Below, one piece after another: positions 41,936 to 51,571 of a stretch of 64,000 nucleotides of DNA. Every line of letters starts with the position of its first letter. Position 1 is the first letter of the stretch. The position numbers and the translations under genes were made by a program. The stretch covers positions 1 through 64,000 of the forward strand of contig CAWKHF010000008.1 in the NCBI GenBank assembly GCA_963849325.1, in the 5' to 3' direction. This DNA is from an uncultured Planctomycetota bacterium (GTDB lineage: Bacteria; Planctomycetota; Planctomycetia; Gemmatales; Gemmataceae). The notes beneath the pieces are model-generated. The model was not told the DNA's origin. It searched no databases and saw nothing but the letters and a program-made list of their open reading frames with translations.

Positions 41936-43777
41936 ATGACGACGAGTCGGAAGGCAAATCTCCTGGATCACCTGCGCGGCGTTTTCCGGCAGCGAGAATG
42001 GAACGCGGCCTCCGACGCTCAGCTCCTAACCGGCTATCTCGTCCACCGTGAGGAAGCCGCGTTCGAGGCCATCCTGCGCCGGCACGGCGGTATGGTGCTC
42101 GGCGTCTGCCGCCGCATCCTGGGCGACGAGCACGATGCCGAGGACGCCTTCCAGGCCACCTTCCTGGTCCTGGTGCGCAAGGCGGCGGCGATTGTGCCGC
42201 GCGATCGGCTCGGCGCTTGGCTGCATGGCGTCGCCCAGCGCACCGCCTTGAAAGCCCGAACGGCGCGGGCGCGCCGGGCGGCGCGAGGACGACATGCGAT
42301 GGCCAAACCTTCTCCCTCAACCGATGAGGAAACCGCCTGGCTGGACCTTCAGCCCATCCTGGATGCGGAACTGGCGGCGCTGGCCGAGAATTATCGTCTG
42401 CCCATCATCCTGTGCGATCTGGAGGGCAAGAGCCGTAAGGAAGCGGCGGAGCAGCTCGGCTGGAAAGAGGGAACGCTTTCGGGGAGACTGGCCCGTGGCC
42501 GGCGCTTGCTGGCCGCTCGTCTGACACGCCGCGGCGTCGCCCTGTCCGCCGCGGCGCTGACCGCCCGGCTCACCTCGGCGGCGCGGGCCGTCGAACCGCC
42601 GGTCGCCCTCCTGAGATCCACAAGCAAGACGGCCACCCTGGTCGCGGCGGGAGTGATGACGGGCGTGGCCGCTCCCGTTCACGTTTTAATGCGAAAGGTG
42701 CTGCAAACCATGCTGATCGAAAAACTGAAATCACTGTCGGTAGTGCTGGCTGTCGCTCTGCTCGGCGTCGGCGTCGTTCTCGGCTTCTCCCACGTTCGCG
42801 GCGGCGACGAACCGCCGACGGAGCCGCCGGCCAGGAAGGAGAAACCGTCTCCGCGAACGGAGAAGCTCGCTCCGGCGAACCTCGGCAAGCTCTACTTGCA
42901 TCGCGGACACGAGTTCACCATTTACGACCTGCGGCGAAAAAAGTTCCTCGAACTGCCCAAGCGGGATGAGGGACCCGGACGCGGAGTGGAGGAGATCGGC
43001 GACCTCTTGGTTATCGGCAGAACGTATCAACCGGGTTCGGCTCGGCTCTCGCCCGATGGGCGATTCCTGGCCTTCGGCCTGGCCACGGGCACGCCGCCCA
43101 AGGAGATCCAGGTCCGCGACGCGACCAAAGAGGGTCCGTCCCGGGTCGTGGTCCACATGCCGAAGAAAGAGCTATCCAGCTGGTGCTGGTCGCCCGACGG
43201 CAAGCAAATCCTTTTCTCCGTTTGGCCGGGAGAGGACGACGACAAATATCACCCGTATGTCGTCGAGGTGGCCACGGGGAAAGTGCAAAAGGTGAAGGTG
43301 CCGGCGCTGAAGGGAAAAGGCCCGGAGGGCTGGGGCGTGTGGATTCACGCCTGGTCGCCCGATGGACTGTGGCTGGCCTTCGCCAAGGGGAGTTACTACC
43401 TCATCGATCCGCAAAGCCAGGACGTGCGCCAGGTGACCAGCGAGGCGCCCGGCTTCCTCGCCGGCAGCTGCCGCTTTTCGCCCGATGGCAAGAAGGTCGT
43501 GTTCATCGGCGGTTGGAAGGAGAAAGAGTACAATCTGTACATTCTCGATCTTTTGCTGGGTAAAACGAAATTGCTGGCGAAGCTCCGCGGCAGGTGGGAC
43601 TTCGCGGCCTGCTGGTCGCCGGACAGTCGCCGCATCGCCTTCAGTTCCGTCGAGGCGGACGACGATTTCAAGTCCAAGGGACCGTATCGCGTCGAAATCT
43701 ACGACGCCGACGGCAAGGGACGGCCGCAGCGGTTGCTGGAAGAGAAGCAGTGGTTGACCGTGACGGATTGGCGCTGA
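41936..43777 (+). CDS. ECF sigma factor with TM and C-terminal TolB/WD40 propeller extension
   Basis: HDAEDAFQATFLVL, WLHGVA, LCDLEGKSRKEAA..GTLSGRLARGR; WSPDG repeats. Confidence 0.93.
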   Translation: MTTSRKANLLDHLRGVFRQREWNAASDAQLLTGYLVHREEAAFEAILRRHGGMVLGVCRRILGDEHDAEDAFQATFLVLVRKAAAIVPRDRLGAWLHGVAQRTALKARTARARRAARGRHAMAKPSPSTDEETAWLDLQPILDAELAALAENYRLPIILCDLEGKSRKEAAEQLGWKEGTLSGRLARGRRLLAARLTRRGVALSAAALTARLTSAARAVEPPVALLRSTSKTATLVAAGVMTGVAAPVHVLMRKVLQTMLIEKLKSLSVVLAVALLGVGVVLGFSHVRGGDEPPTEPPARKEKPSPRTEKLAPANLGKLYLHRGHEFTIYDLRRKKFLELPKRDEGPGRGVEEIGDLLVIGRTYQPGSARLSPDGRFLAFGLATGTPPKEIQVRDATKEGPSRVVVHMPKKELSSWCWSPDGKQILFSVWPGEDDDKYHPYVVEVATGKVQKVKVPALKGKGPEGWGVWIHAWSPDGLWLAFAKGSYYLIDPQSQDVRQVTSEAPGFLAGSCRFSPDGKKVVFIGGWKEKEYNLYILDLLLGKTKLLAKLRGRWDFAACWSPDSRRIAFSSVEADDDFKSKGPYRVEIYDADGKGRPQRLLEEKQWLTVTDWR

Positions 43778-43785
43778 CGGAAGCA

Positions 43786-43862
43786 TTCGGAGCCTGAAGC
43801 GTAAGCGAAGAGCGCGACAACCGAAGGTTGTCGCGCTCTTCGCTTACGCTTCAGGCTCCGAA
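43786..43862. repeat. REP palindrome family A (37-bp perfect arms) between convergent genes
   Basis: TTCGGAGCCTGAAGCGTAAGCGAAGAGCGCGACAACC-gaa-reverse complement. Confidence 0.92.
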
Positions 43863-43869
43863 AGAGGGT

Positions 43870-46033
43870 CTACGCCTCCGCATAGAAGCCCTTGCCCTCC
43901 GCCGCCAGCTGGCGCATCTGCTCCGTCGGCTGGAAGCGCGGCCCCAGGCGCTCGTAACTCTTCAGCTTCTCCAGCACCTTCGCCAGCCCCAGCGTGTCGG
44001 CCCAGCGCAGGATGCCGCCGCGGAACGGCGGGAAGCCGATGCCCAGGATCAGGCCCATGTCCACGTCGCCCGGCTCGCGCACGATGCCCTCCGCCAGCAC
44101 CCGGCTCGCCTCCGTCAGCATCGGCAGGAACAGCCGATCCGTAATCTCCTCCGTGCCGATTTCGCGCTGTCCGGTGCGGCACTTCGCCAGGATGGCCGTC
44201 GAAGGCCGGGTCGTCGGCGCCGCGCGAGCCCTTGGCGTAGCTGTAGAAGCCGGCCCCCGACTTCTGGCCCAGCCGGCCGGCCGCGACCAGCTCGTCGAGG
44301 ATGCGCGTCGGCGCCGCCCGGTCGGCGAAGGCCGTGTTGATGACGCGGCCGGCGTACAGCGACGTGTCCAGGCCGACCAGGTCGTTGAGCGTGATCGGCC
44401 CCATCGGCATGCCGAAGGCCGTCGCCGCCTTGTCGATGGCCCGCGGCGACGCCCCTTCCTCCAGCAGCACCAGCGACTCGTTGAGGTAGGGGAAGAGGAT
44501 GCGGTTGACCAGGAAGCCGGGGCAGTCGCGGACCACGATCGGCGTCTTGCCGATGCGCTTGGCCAGGGCGACCAGCGTGACCACCGTGGCGTCGCCGGTC
44601 TTGCTCGCCGCGGATGACCTCGACCAGCTGCATGCGGTCGACCGGGTTGAAGAAGTGCAGGCCGGCGAAGTTCTCCGGGATGCGTCGACCGACTTCGCCA
44701 TGCGCGTGATGGAGATGGTGGAGGTGTTCGAGGCCAGGATCGCGCCCGGCCGCAAGACCTTTTGCACCTCGCGATAGAGCTTCACCTTGGCCTCCTCGTT
44801 CTCGACGATGGCCTCGATGACCACGTCGCGGTCGGCCAGGGCGTTGAGCGTCGGTGCTGGTGCTCAGGCGAGCCAGGGCGCCGGCCGCCTCGGCGGGCGT
44901 CATGCGGCCGATCTCGACGCGGCCCTGCAGGCTCTTGGTGATGGCGCCGACGCCCTTCTCCAGGGCCGCCGGCGCGTTGTCGAGCAGCAGAGCCGGGATG
45001 CCGCGGCGGACGTGGGCGCCGGCGATGCCGGCACCCATGATGCCGGCGCCGAGGACGCCGACCTGGTCGACCGTCCGCGGCTGGACGTGCGGCGTCGGCG
45101 ACGCCGGGGTCTTTCTGCAAGCGCTGGCGTCATGAAGAAGACGGCGATGAGGTTGCGCGAGATCGGGCTGCCGACCAGCGGCACGAACTGCGTCGGTCTC
45201 GACCTTCAGGCCGTCCTCCAGCGGCAGGTTGCAGCCCTTGGCGATGGCGTCCAGGGCGGCCAGCGGCGCCGGATACTGGCCGCCGGTCTTGGCCATGCAC
45301 CTGGGCGCGGGCCACGGCGAAGGTGAACGCTTGCTGCTCTTCGCTCAGGCCGACCGGCTGCTGCTTGCGCCGGCGGGCCTCCTGCCAGTCGTCCGGACTG
45401 TCTGCGCCCAGCTGCAGCAGCCGCACGCGCCTCGTCGAGCAGATGCTCGGCCGGCACGGCGTCGAAGACGAGGCCGAGCTGGCGGGCGCGCGTCGGCCTT
45501 GGCCGCCTCGCCGGCGCAGATCATCTCGGCGGCCAGCGACGGGCCGATCAGCCGCGTCAGCCGCTGCGTGCCGCCCCAGCCGGGGATGAGGCCGATCTTC
45601 GTCTCCGGCAGGCCGATCTCGGTCTTCGGGTGCGTGCTGGCCAGGCGATAGTCGAAGCCCAGCGCCAGCTCCAGGCCGCCGCCCATGCAGGCGCCGTCGA
45701 TGGCGGCCACGGTGGGGTACGGCAGCGCCTCGAAGACGGCGATGAGGTCGAGGCCGCGCTGCACCAGCTTGCGGGCCGTGTCCGGCGTCCGGCGGGGCGC
45801 TGCCCAGCTCGCGCAGGTCGGCGCCGGCGATGAACATGCCCGGCTTGCCGCTGCGGAAGATCAGGCCGCGCAGGTCGGTGCGAGCCTTCAGCTGCGCCGA
45901 CCATCGCCTCCAGTTCGCCGAGGACGGCCTGGCCGAGCGTGTTGGCCCGGCTGCCGGGCTGGTCGAGCGTCAGCAGGGCGAGGTCGCCGTCGAGGATTTC
46001 CAGCCGCAGGGCCGACTGCGCGGGTTGACTCAT
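43870..46033 (-). CDS. Fatty-acid oxidation multifunctional enzyme (enoyl-CoA hydratase + 3-hydroxyacyl-CoA dehydrogenase, FadB/FadJ family); many frameshifts
   Basis: [77 protein letters not shown] across frames. Confidence 0.9.
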
Positions 46034-46171
46034 AGTCGCGTCCTTTCGTGAGTTCGCGGGGAGGTTCGCGGACGAAAGATGAGTGTATCCGAAATGCGGG
46101 CGGCTGCAAAGGATGGGGTTGGCCGTCCCTTCGCTTACGCTCCCAAGGGCATTGCTTTTCCTGACGTTCGC

Positions 46172-46558
46172 TTACCAGAGGCGGGTTACGCCGTAGCGAT
46201 CCAGAGCAGAATCCATGCTGACGAGGGGAATGTTCTCGATCATCGCCTGAGCGATCAGCAGTCGGTCGAAGGGATCCTTGTGGTGGAACGGCATGCCGGC
46301 GACTGCCGACAGGTGGGCGTCGGTAATAAGTAACCACTCGAAGTAGGTTCGCAGCATGTGCTGAGGGAAGAAACCTCGGAACGGACCGCCGAGGTCGAGT
46401 TTCTTCAGACTGACCTTAATGGCGACTTCCCACGGGGTCGCCAGGCTGACGAGCTTGCGGTTGGTCGGGTCGCGGATCAGGGCTTTGGCCGTCGCACTCA
46501 ACTGAGGGTCGTCCCACCAGAACCAGAGTACGGTGTGCGTGTCGAGCAGCAGAGTCAT
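46172..46558 (-). CDS. vapC: VapC PIN-domain toxin
   Basis: LLLDTHTVLW, WEVAIK, HKDPFDRLLIAQA. Confidence 0.92.
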   Translation of the reverse strand: MTLLLDTHTVLWFWWDDPQLSATAKALIRDPTNRKLVSLATPWEVAIKVSLKKLDLGGPFRGFFPQHMLRTYFEWLLITDAHLSAVAGMPFHHKDPFDRLLIAQAMIENIPLVSMDSALDRYGVTRLW

Positions 46559-46788
46559 TCCATGTACTCCGCAAAGTCTTCCAGTGGGGCGTCGAAGTCC
46601 GGCGCCATCCACAGGGATCGATCCTTTGCCGTCCCCGGTTGACTTGGCCAACTCGTCCGGGCCGGTCGTGTGACGACCGCGACCGGCTCGCCGTTGCTGG
46701 TCAGCACCAGTTCTTCGCCGGGCACCATGCCGGCCACAATTTCCGACAAGTGCGGCCCGGCGGCGGCAAGCGGCAGTGTGCGGGACAT
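46555..46788 (-). CDS. Phd/DUF2281-type antitoxin
   Basis: LSEIV..GEELVLT.NGEPVA; G.AK...MAPDFDAPLEDFAEYM. Confidence 0.88.
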   Translation of the reverse strand: MSRTLPLAAAGPHLSEIVAGMVPGEELVLTSNGEPVAVVTRPARTSWPSQPGTAKDRSLWMAPDFDAPLEDFAEYME

Positions 46789-46861
46789 GGGGTACTCCTT
46801 CGACCGGAATGGTTGGGGTGGTCGGCGGCCTCGCCGGGTTCGGGCCGATCTCGCTTGCTCT

Positions 46862-46870
46862 ATTGTACCA
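46862..46870 (-). promoter_or_regulatory. Extended -10 promoter for the vapBC pair
   Basis: TGGTACAAT on the minus strand ~75 nt upstream of the antitoxin start. Confidence 0.45.
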
Positions 46871-47021
46871 CCCCCTCGCCCGAGTTTGATCCGCTCCAAC
46901 CGTCCGAATGCTTGATGGAACGACTCCTTGCACGCCGACAGCGGCCCTTTTACTATAAAGACAGTTCGTAATCCTCCCGATGCCGACAGGCATCTCCGCC
47001 CGCCCACGCTGCGAGACGTTC

Positions 47022-49283
47022 ATGAATTCATCGAAGACATGCGGCTGCCACGGCCGGCACCGGCCGTGGGCGCTCCACACGGCCTGCACTCTTCTCCTGC
47101 TCGTCGCACGGCCGGCCGTCCCGGTACGGGCGGCGCCGGTCAGCTTCCGCAACGAGGTCATGGCCGTGCTGTCGCGCGGCGGCTGCAACCAGGGGGCGTG
47201 CCACGGCAATCAGAACGGTAAGAACGGCTTCAAACTGTCGCTGCGCGGCCAGGATGCCGATTTCGACCTCGACGCCCTAACGCGCGACACGCTCGGTCGC
47301 CGCACCGATCGCTTGCACCCCGCCGATAGTCTGGTCCTCAGCAAGGCGACGAGCAGCGTGCCGCACGAGGGCGGTCCGCGCTTCGACCGCGCTTCGCTGG
47401 AATATCGACTGCTCTTCCGCTGGATCGCCGAGGGCGCGCGGCCTGACTCGCCGGACGCCCCCGTCCTGCGCCGCCTCGACGTGACGCCGCGCGAACAGGT
47501 GCTGGTCGAGCCGGCCGATAGCGTATCCTTGAACGTGCGGGCTGTCTTCTCCGACGGCAGCGTCCGCGACGTGACGCGCCTGGCCGTCTTCGAGACGTCG
47601 AACCTGATCGTCCGCGTCGATGCCGAGGGCATGGCGCGGCGGCAGGACCGCGGCGAAACGACGATCCTCGTGCGCTACCTCGACCGACAGGCGGCGGTGC
47701 AGCTGGCGTTCGTGCCGGCGCGGCCCGGCTTCGCCTGGCCCGAAACGCCCGAGTCCAACTACATCGATCACCACGTCTTAGCCAAACTGCGGACGCTGCG
47801 CATGGCCCCCTCGGCCCTCGCTCCCGATGCCGTGTTCCTGCGCCGCGTCTATCTCGACACGCTCGGCATCCTACCGACGCCGGAGGAAACGCGGACGTTC
47901 CTGGCCGACACGCATCCCGACAAGCGGGCGCGGCGGATCGACGCCCTGCTGCAACGGCCGGAGTTCGCCGACTTCTGGTCCCTCAAATGGTCGGATTTAC
48001 TGCACTGCGAGGAGAAGACGCTCGACCGCAAGGGCGTGCAGGTGTTCCACGATTGGATTCGCCGGAGCATCGCCGACGGCAAGCCGCTCAACGAGTTCGC
48101 CCGCGAATTGGTCGCCGGCCGCGGCAGCACCTACAGTCAGCCGGCGGCCAACTGGTATCGCGCCCTGCGCGATCCGCAGGCTCGCGCCGAGTCCTGCGCC
48201 CAGGTGTTTCTCGGCATTCGCATGCAGTGCGCCCGCTGCCACAATCACCCGTTCGACCGCTGGACGCAGACCGACTATCACAGTTTGTCGGCCTTCTTCG
48301 GCCGCGTGCAATACCGCATCCTCGAAAACAACCGCCGCGACCGCCTCGACAAGCACGAGTTCGACGGCGAACAGGTGGTGTGGATGGACCGCGCCGGCGA
48401 GATCAAGCATCCGCGCAGCGGCGAGGTACTGCGGCCGCTGTTCCTGGGTGCCGAGACACCGGCGTTCGCCCCGGAGTCCGATCGCTTGCTGGCCCTGGCC
48501 GATTGGATTGCCAGCCCGGACAATCCGTTCTTCGCCCGCGCCCAGGCCAACCGTGTTTGGTATCACCTGCTCGGCCGCGGCCTCGTCGAGCCGAACGACG
48601 ACTTCCGCGCCTCCAATCCTCCGGTCAACGGCCCGCTACTCGACGCCCTGGCCCGCGACCTCGCCGCGCACCGCTTCGACCTGCGTTCCCTGGTGCGAAC
48701 GATCCTGAACTCGCGCACCTATCAGCTATCCGCTGTGCCCAACGAGAGCAACGGCGACGATGAGGCCAACTTCGCCCGCGCTCTGGTGCGGCCGTTGCAG
48801 GCGGAACAACTGCTCGATGCGCTGGCGCAGGTGACGGGCGTGGCGCCGGATTTCCCCGGTTATCCGGCGGGCACGCGCGCCGGCCAGCTGCCGGGCGTCG
48901 GCGGCAATCGCGGTCGGCGGCGGCAGGCCAGCGACGGCGAGAAGTTCCTCACCTCGTTCGGCAAACCGATCCGCTTGCTCAGCTGTGAGTGCGAACGCTC
49001 CGAGGACACGACGCTGGCGCGGGCGTTCCAGCTCATCACCGGGCCGCTCGTCAACCAGATACTCAGCGACGCGGACAACCGCATTGGCCGTCTGCTCCAA
49101 GCCGGCAAGACGGACGCGGAGATCATCGAGGAATGTTACCTGGCGGCGCTGTGCCGGCCGCCGTCGCCACAAGAGAGACAGCGGGCGCGAGAGATGATCG
49201 AGCGGTCGAAGGATCGGCGGGCGGCGCTGGAAGACCTGGTTTGGGGATTGGTCAACGCCAAGGAGTTTCTACTGCGGCGGTGA
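47022..49283 (+). CDS. DUF1549/DUF1553 protein with Ig-like domain
   Basis: GCNQGACHG..GFKLSLRG, FLRRVYLD, MQCARCHNHPFDRW, CECER, WGLVNAKEF. Confidence 0.93.
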   Translation: MNSSKTCGCHGRHRPWALHTACTLLLLVARPAVPVRAAPVSFRNEVMAVLSRGGCNQGACHGNQNGKNGFKLSLRGQDADFDLDALTRDTLGRRTDRLHPADSLVLSKATSSVPHEGGPRFDRASLEYRLLFRWIAEGARPDSPDAPVLRRLDVTPREQVLVEPADSVSLNVRAVFSDGSVRDVTRLAVFETSNLIVRVDAEGMARRQDRGETTILVRYLDRQAAVQLAFVPARPGFAWPETPESNYIDHHVLAKLRTLRMAPSALAPDAVFLRRVYLDTLGILPTPEETRTFLADTHPDKRARRIDALLQRPEFADFWSLKWSDLLHCEEKTLDRKGVQVFHDWIRRSIADGKPLNEFARELVAGRGSTYSQPAANWYRALRDPQARAESCAQVFLGIRMQCARCHNHPFDRWTQTDYHSLSAFFGRVQYRILENNRRDRLDKHEFDGEQVVWMDRAGEIKHPRSGEVLRPLFLGAETPAFAPESDRLLALADWIASPDNPFFARAQANRVWYHLLGRGLVEPNDDFRASNPPVNGPLLDALARDLAAHRFDLRSLVRTILNSRTYQLSAVPNESNGDDEANFARALVRPLQAEQLLDALAQVTGVAPDFPGYPAGTRAGQLPGVGGNRGRRRQASDGEKFLTSFGKPIRLLSCECERSEDTTLARAFQLITGPLVNQILSDADNRIGRLLQAGKTDAEIIEECYLAALCRPPSPQERQRAREMIERSKDRRAALEDLVWGLVNAKEFLLRR

Positions 49284-49334
49284 AGTAGACTGCGCGGTAG
49301 AATGCTAGGAGGTGAAATCGAGAGGAGGACTCCC

Positions 49335-49637
49335 ATGCAAATCCCCGTGCTGATTGAGCGGGTACACGAAAATGGGTTTCGGGCCAGCGGGGCAGTTCCG
49401 TTCACGTTTACGGTGGAAGGAACGACTCGTGAGGAGGTAGTTCAGAAGTTCCAGCAGTTGATCGCGAGCAAGCTGGAGGCTGGCTCCGAGTTAGTTCCCG
49501 TGGACGTTCCGGAACAAGACAATCCCTGGCTGAAGATGGCCGGCATGTGGGACAAAGACGATCCCCTCGTGCAAGAATGGAAAGAGATCATGCGCGAGAA
49601 TCGACTCAAGGACGAGGAAGACTCGGAGAGTCTATGA
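49335..49637 (+). CDS. Antitoxin (HicB-like N-terminus)
   Basis: MQIPVLIE..NGFRA, EGTTREE, NPWLKMAGMW; ATGA overlap with the PIN gene. Confidence 0.75.
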   Translation: MQIPVLIERVHENGFRASGAVPFTFTVEGTTREEVVQKFQQLIASKLEAGSELVPVDVPEQDNPWLKMAGMWDKDDPLVQEWKEIMRENRLKDEEDSESL

Positions 49638-50053
49638 GCTTCTACATTCTGGATACGGACATCCTGACCCTGCTCCAGGATGGAGATCCGACCGTACGAC
49701 AACACGTTGCCAGTCATCCGAAGCAAGAAGTAGCGATAACTGTCATCAGTGTGGAGGAACAGTTAACCGGATGGTATACCAAGCTTCGCCGCGCCAAAAA
49801 GTCAGACCTATTGGCACAGGCATACGAACGTCTAACACGAAATGTACGATACCTCGCCCAATTAACGATTTTGACCTTCTCGGAGCCGTCTATCTTGCGC
49901 TCGGAGCAATTGAGGGCGCTCAAATTGAATGTGGCGCGCAAGGATTTATGTATCGCGGCCATCACACTCGAGTATGGAGGCATTCTGGTCACGCGGAACC
50001 TGCGCGATTTCCAGCGTGTTCCGAATCTCGTGGTGGAAGACTGGTCGGTCTGA
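49634..50053 (+). CDS. vapC: VapC PIN-domain toxin
   Basis: YILDTDIL, ISVEEQL.GW, DLCIAAI, LVTRNLRDF. Confidence 0.92.
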   Translation: MSFYILDTDILTLLQDGDPTVRQHVASHPKQEVAITVISVEEQLTGWYTKLRRAKKSDLLAQAYERLTRNVRYLAQLTILTFSEPSILRSEQLRALKLNVARKDLCIAAITLEYGGILVTRNLRDFQRVPNLVVEDWSV

Positions 50054-50065
50054 CGGAGCATGGTG

Positions 50066-51457
50066 ATGAAGAATCGAAATTTGACCAACGGCTGTCACGC
50101 CTTCTCTCCTCGCATGACGCGCCGTCATCTGCTGCAAGTCGGCGGCCTAAGCCTGCTCGGCCTGAGCCTGCCGGAGCTGCTGCGCGCCGCCGAACGCGGC
50201 GGTAAACACAAACCCCGGGCTCGCGCCGTGATCTTCCTCCATCAATGGGGCGGCCCCAGTCATCACGATACCTTTGATATGAAGCCCGCCGCTCCCGACG
50301 CCATTCGCGGTGAGTTCAAACCCATCTCGACCAACCTTCCCGGCGTGCCGGTGTGCGAACGGCTGCCGGACCTGACGCGCGTGATGAACAAGGTGACGCT
50401 GGTGCGCACCCTGCACCACACCATGAAGAACCACAATTCGGCCGGTTATTACAGCCTGAGCGGCTATGCTCCGCCGACCGATGATCAGCGGCTGCGCGAT
50501 TCCAACGACCTGTTTCCGGCCTACGGCTCCATCGTCGATCGCCTGGCTCCGGCGAAGGCCGGCGTGCCGACCTTCGTCGCCTATCCGCACACCATCAGCG
50601 ACGGCTCGATCACGCCCGGACAGCACGCCAGCTTCCTCGGCAAGGGCCACGATCCCCTGTTCATCAACCAGGACCCCAACAGCGCCGATTTTCGCCTGCC
50701 CGAGCTGAGCCTGCCCGCCAACCTGTCGGCCGAACGACTCGGCAACCGCCGCGAGATGCTGCGCCTGATCGACCGGCAAACGGAGCTGCTCGACTTTTCG
50801 GCCAAGGCGCGCGGCATCGATGCCCATTATCAGCGAGCTATGACCATGTTGTCGTCGCCGGCCGTCAAGAAAGCCTTCGACCTGTCGGCCGAGCCGAGTT
50901 CCGTGCGCGACCGCTATGGTCGGACCACCTATGGCCAGGGGTGTTTGCTGGCGCGGCGGCTGGTCGAGGCGGGGGCGCGCTTCGTCAACGTGTATTTCTC
51001 GCGCTCCATCGGCGGCTGCGAAGGCGGCTGGGACACGCACGGCTTCAACGACAAGCCGATGTATCCCATCCTCAAAAACTATCTTCTGCCCATGACCAAT
51101 CAAACGCTGCCGACATTGTTGGAAGACCTCGAACAGCGCGGTCTGTTCGACGAGACGCTGGTCGTCTGGGTAGGCGAGTTCGGCCGCTCGCCGCGCATCA
51201 ACAAACTGGCGGGCCGCGATCACTGGCCGCAGTGCTACACCGCGCTGCTGGCCGGCGGCGGCGTCAAGCGCGGCCACGTCCACGGCGCTTCCGATCGTCT
51301 CGGCGCCTACCCCGTCAGCGATCCGGTACGGCCGGACGATTTGTCGGCGACGATGTTCCATCTGCTCGGCATCGATCCGGCGACCGAGATCCACGACGCG
51401 CTCAACCGGCCGCTGCCCATCAGCGCCGGTGAGGTCGTCGGCGGCGTCCTGGCGTGA
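50066..51457 (+). CDS. DUF1501 domain protein
   Basis: TRRHLL, GGPSHHDTFDMKP, GWDTH, GEFGRSP, GRDHWP. Confidence 0.93.
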   Translation: MKNRNLTNGCHAFSPRMTRRHLLQVGGLSLLGLSLPELLRAAERGGKHKPRARAVIFLHQWGGPSHHDTFDMKPAAPDAIRGEFKPISTNLPGVPVCERLPDLTRVMNKVTLVRTLHHTMKNHNSAGYYSLSGYAPPTDDQRLRDSNDLFPAYGSIVDRLAPAKAGVPTFVAYPHTISDGSITPGQHASFLGKGHDPLFINQDPNSADFRLPELSLPANLSAERLGNRREMLRLIDRQTELLDFSAKARGIDAHYQRAMTMLSSPAVKKAFDLSAEPSSVRDRYGRTTYGQGCLLARRLVEAGARFVNVYFSRSIGGCEGGWDTHGFNDKPMYPILKNYLLPMTNQTLPTLLEDLEQRGLFDETLVVWVGEFGRSPRINKLAGRDHWPQCYTALLAGGGVKRGHVHGASDRLGAYPVSDPVRPDDLSATMFHLLGIDPATEIHDALNRPLPISAGEVVGGVLA

Positions 51458-51486
51458 ACGGCACACCGTTTGCTGCCCGGAAAGGA

Positions 51487-51556
51487 TGAGTTGACGAGCC
51501 GCGAGCGTCCGCGAGCGAACTAGCCCGCTCGCGGACGCTCGCGGCTCATCAACTCA
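51487..51556. repeat. REP-type palindrome
   Basis: TGAGTTGACGAGCCGCGAGCGTCCGCGAGCG / CGCTCGCGGACGCTCGCGGCTCATCAACTCA. Confidence 0.88.
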
Positions 51557-51571
51557 GGAGCTACTGCCTTG

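Noticed and set aside
12133-43862. CRISPR array from the recurring CCGAGCCTGAAGCG repeat
   Set aside because: Copies are dispersed inverted pairs kilobases apart with no regular spacers and no cas genes
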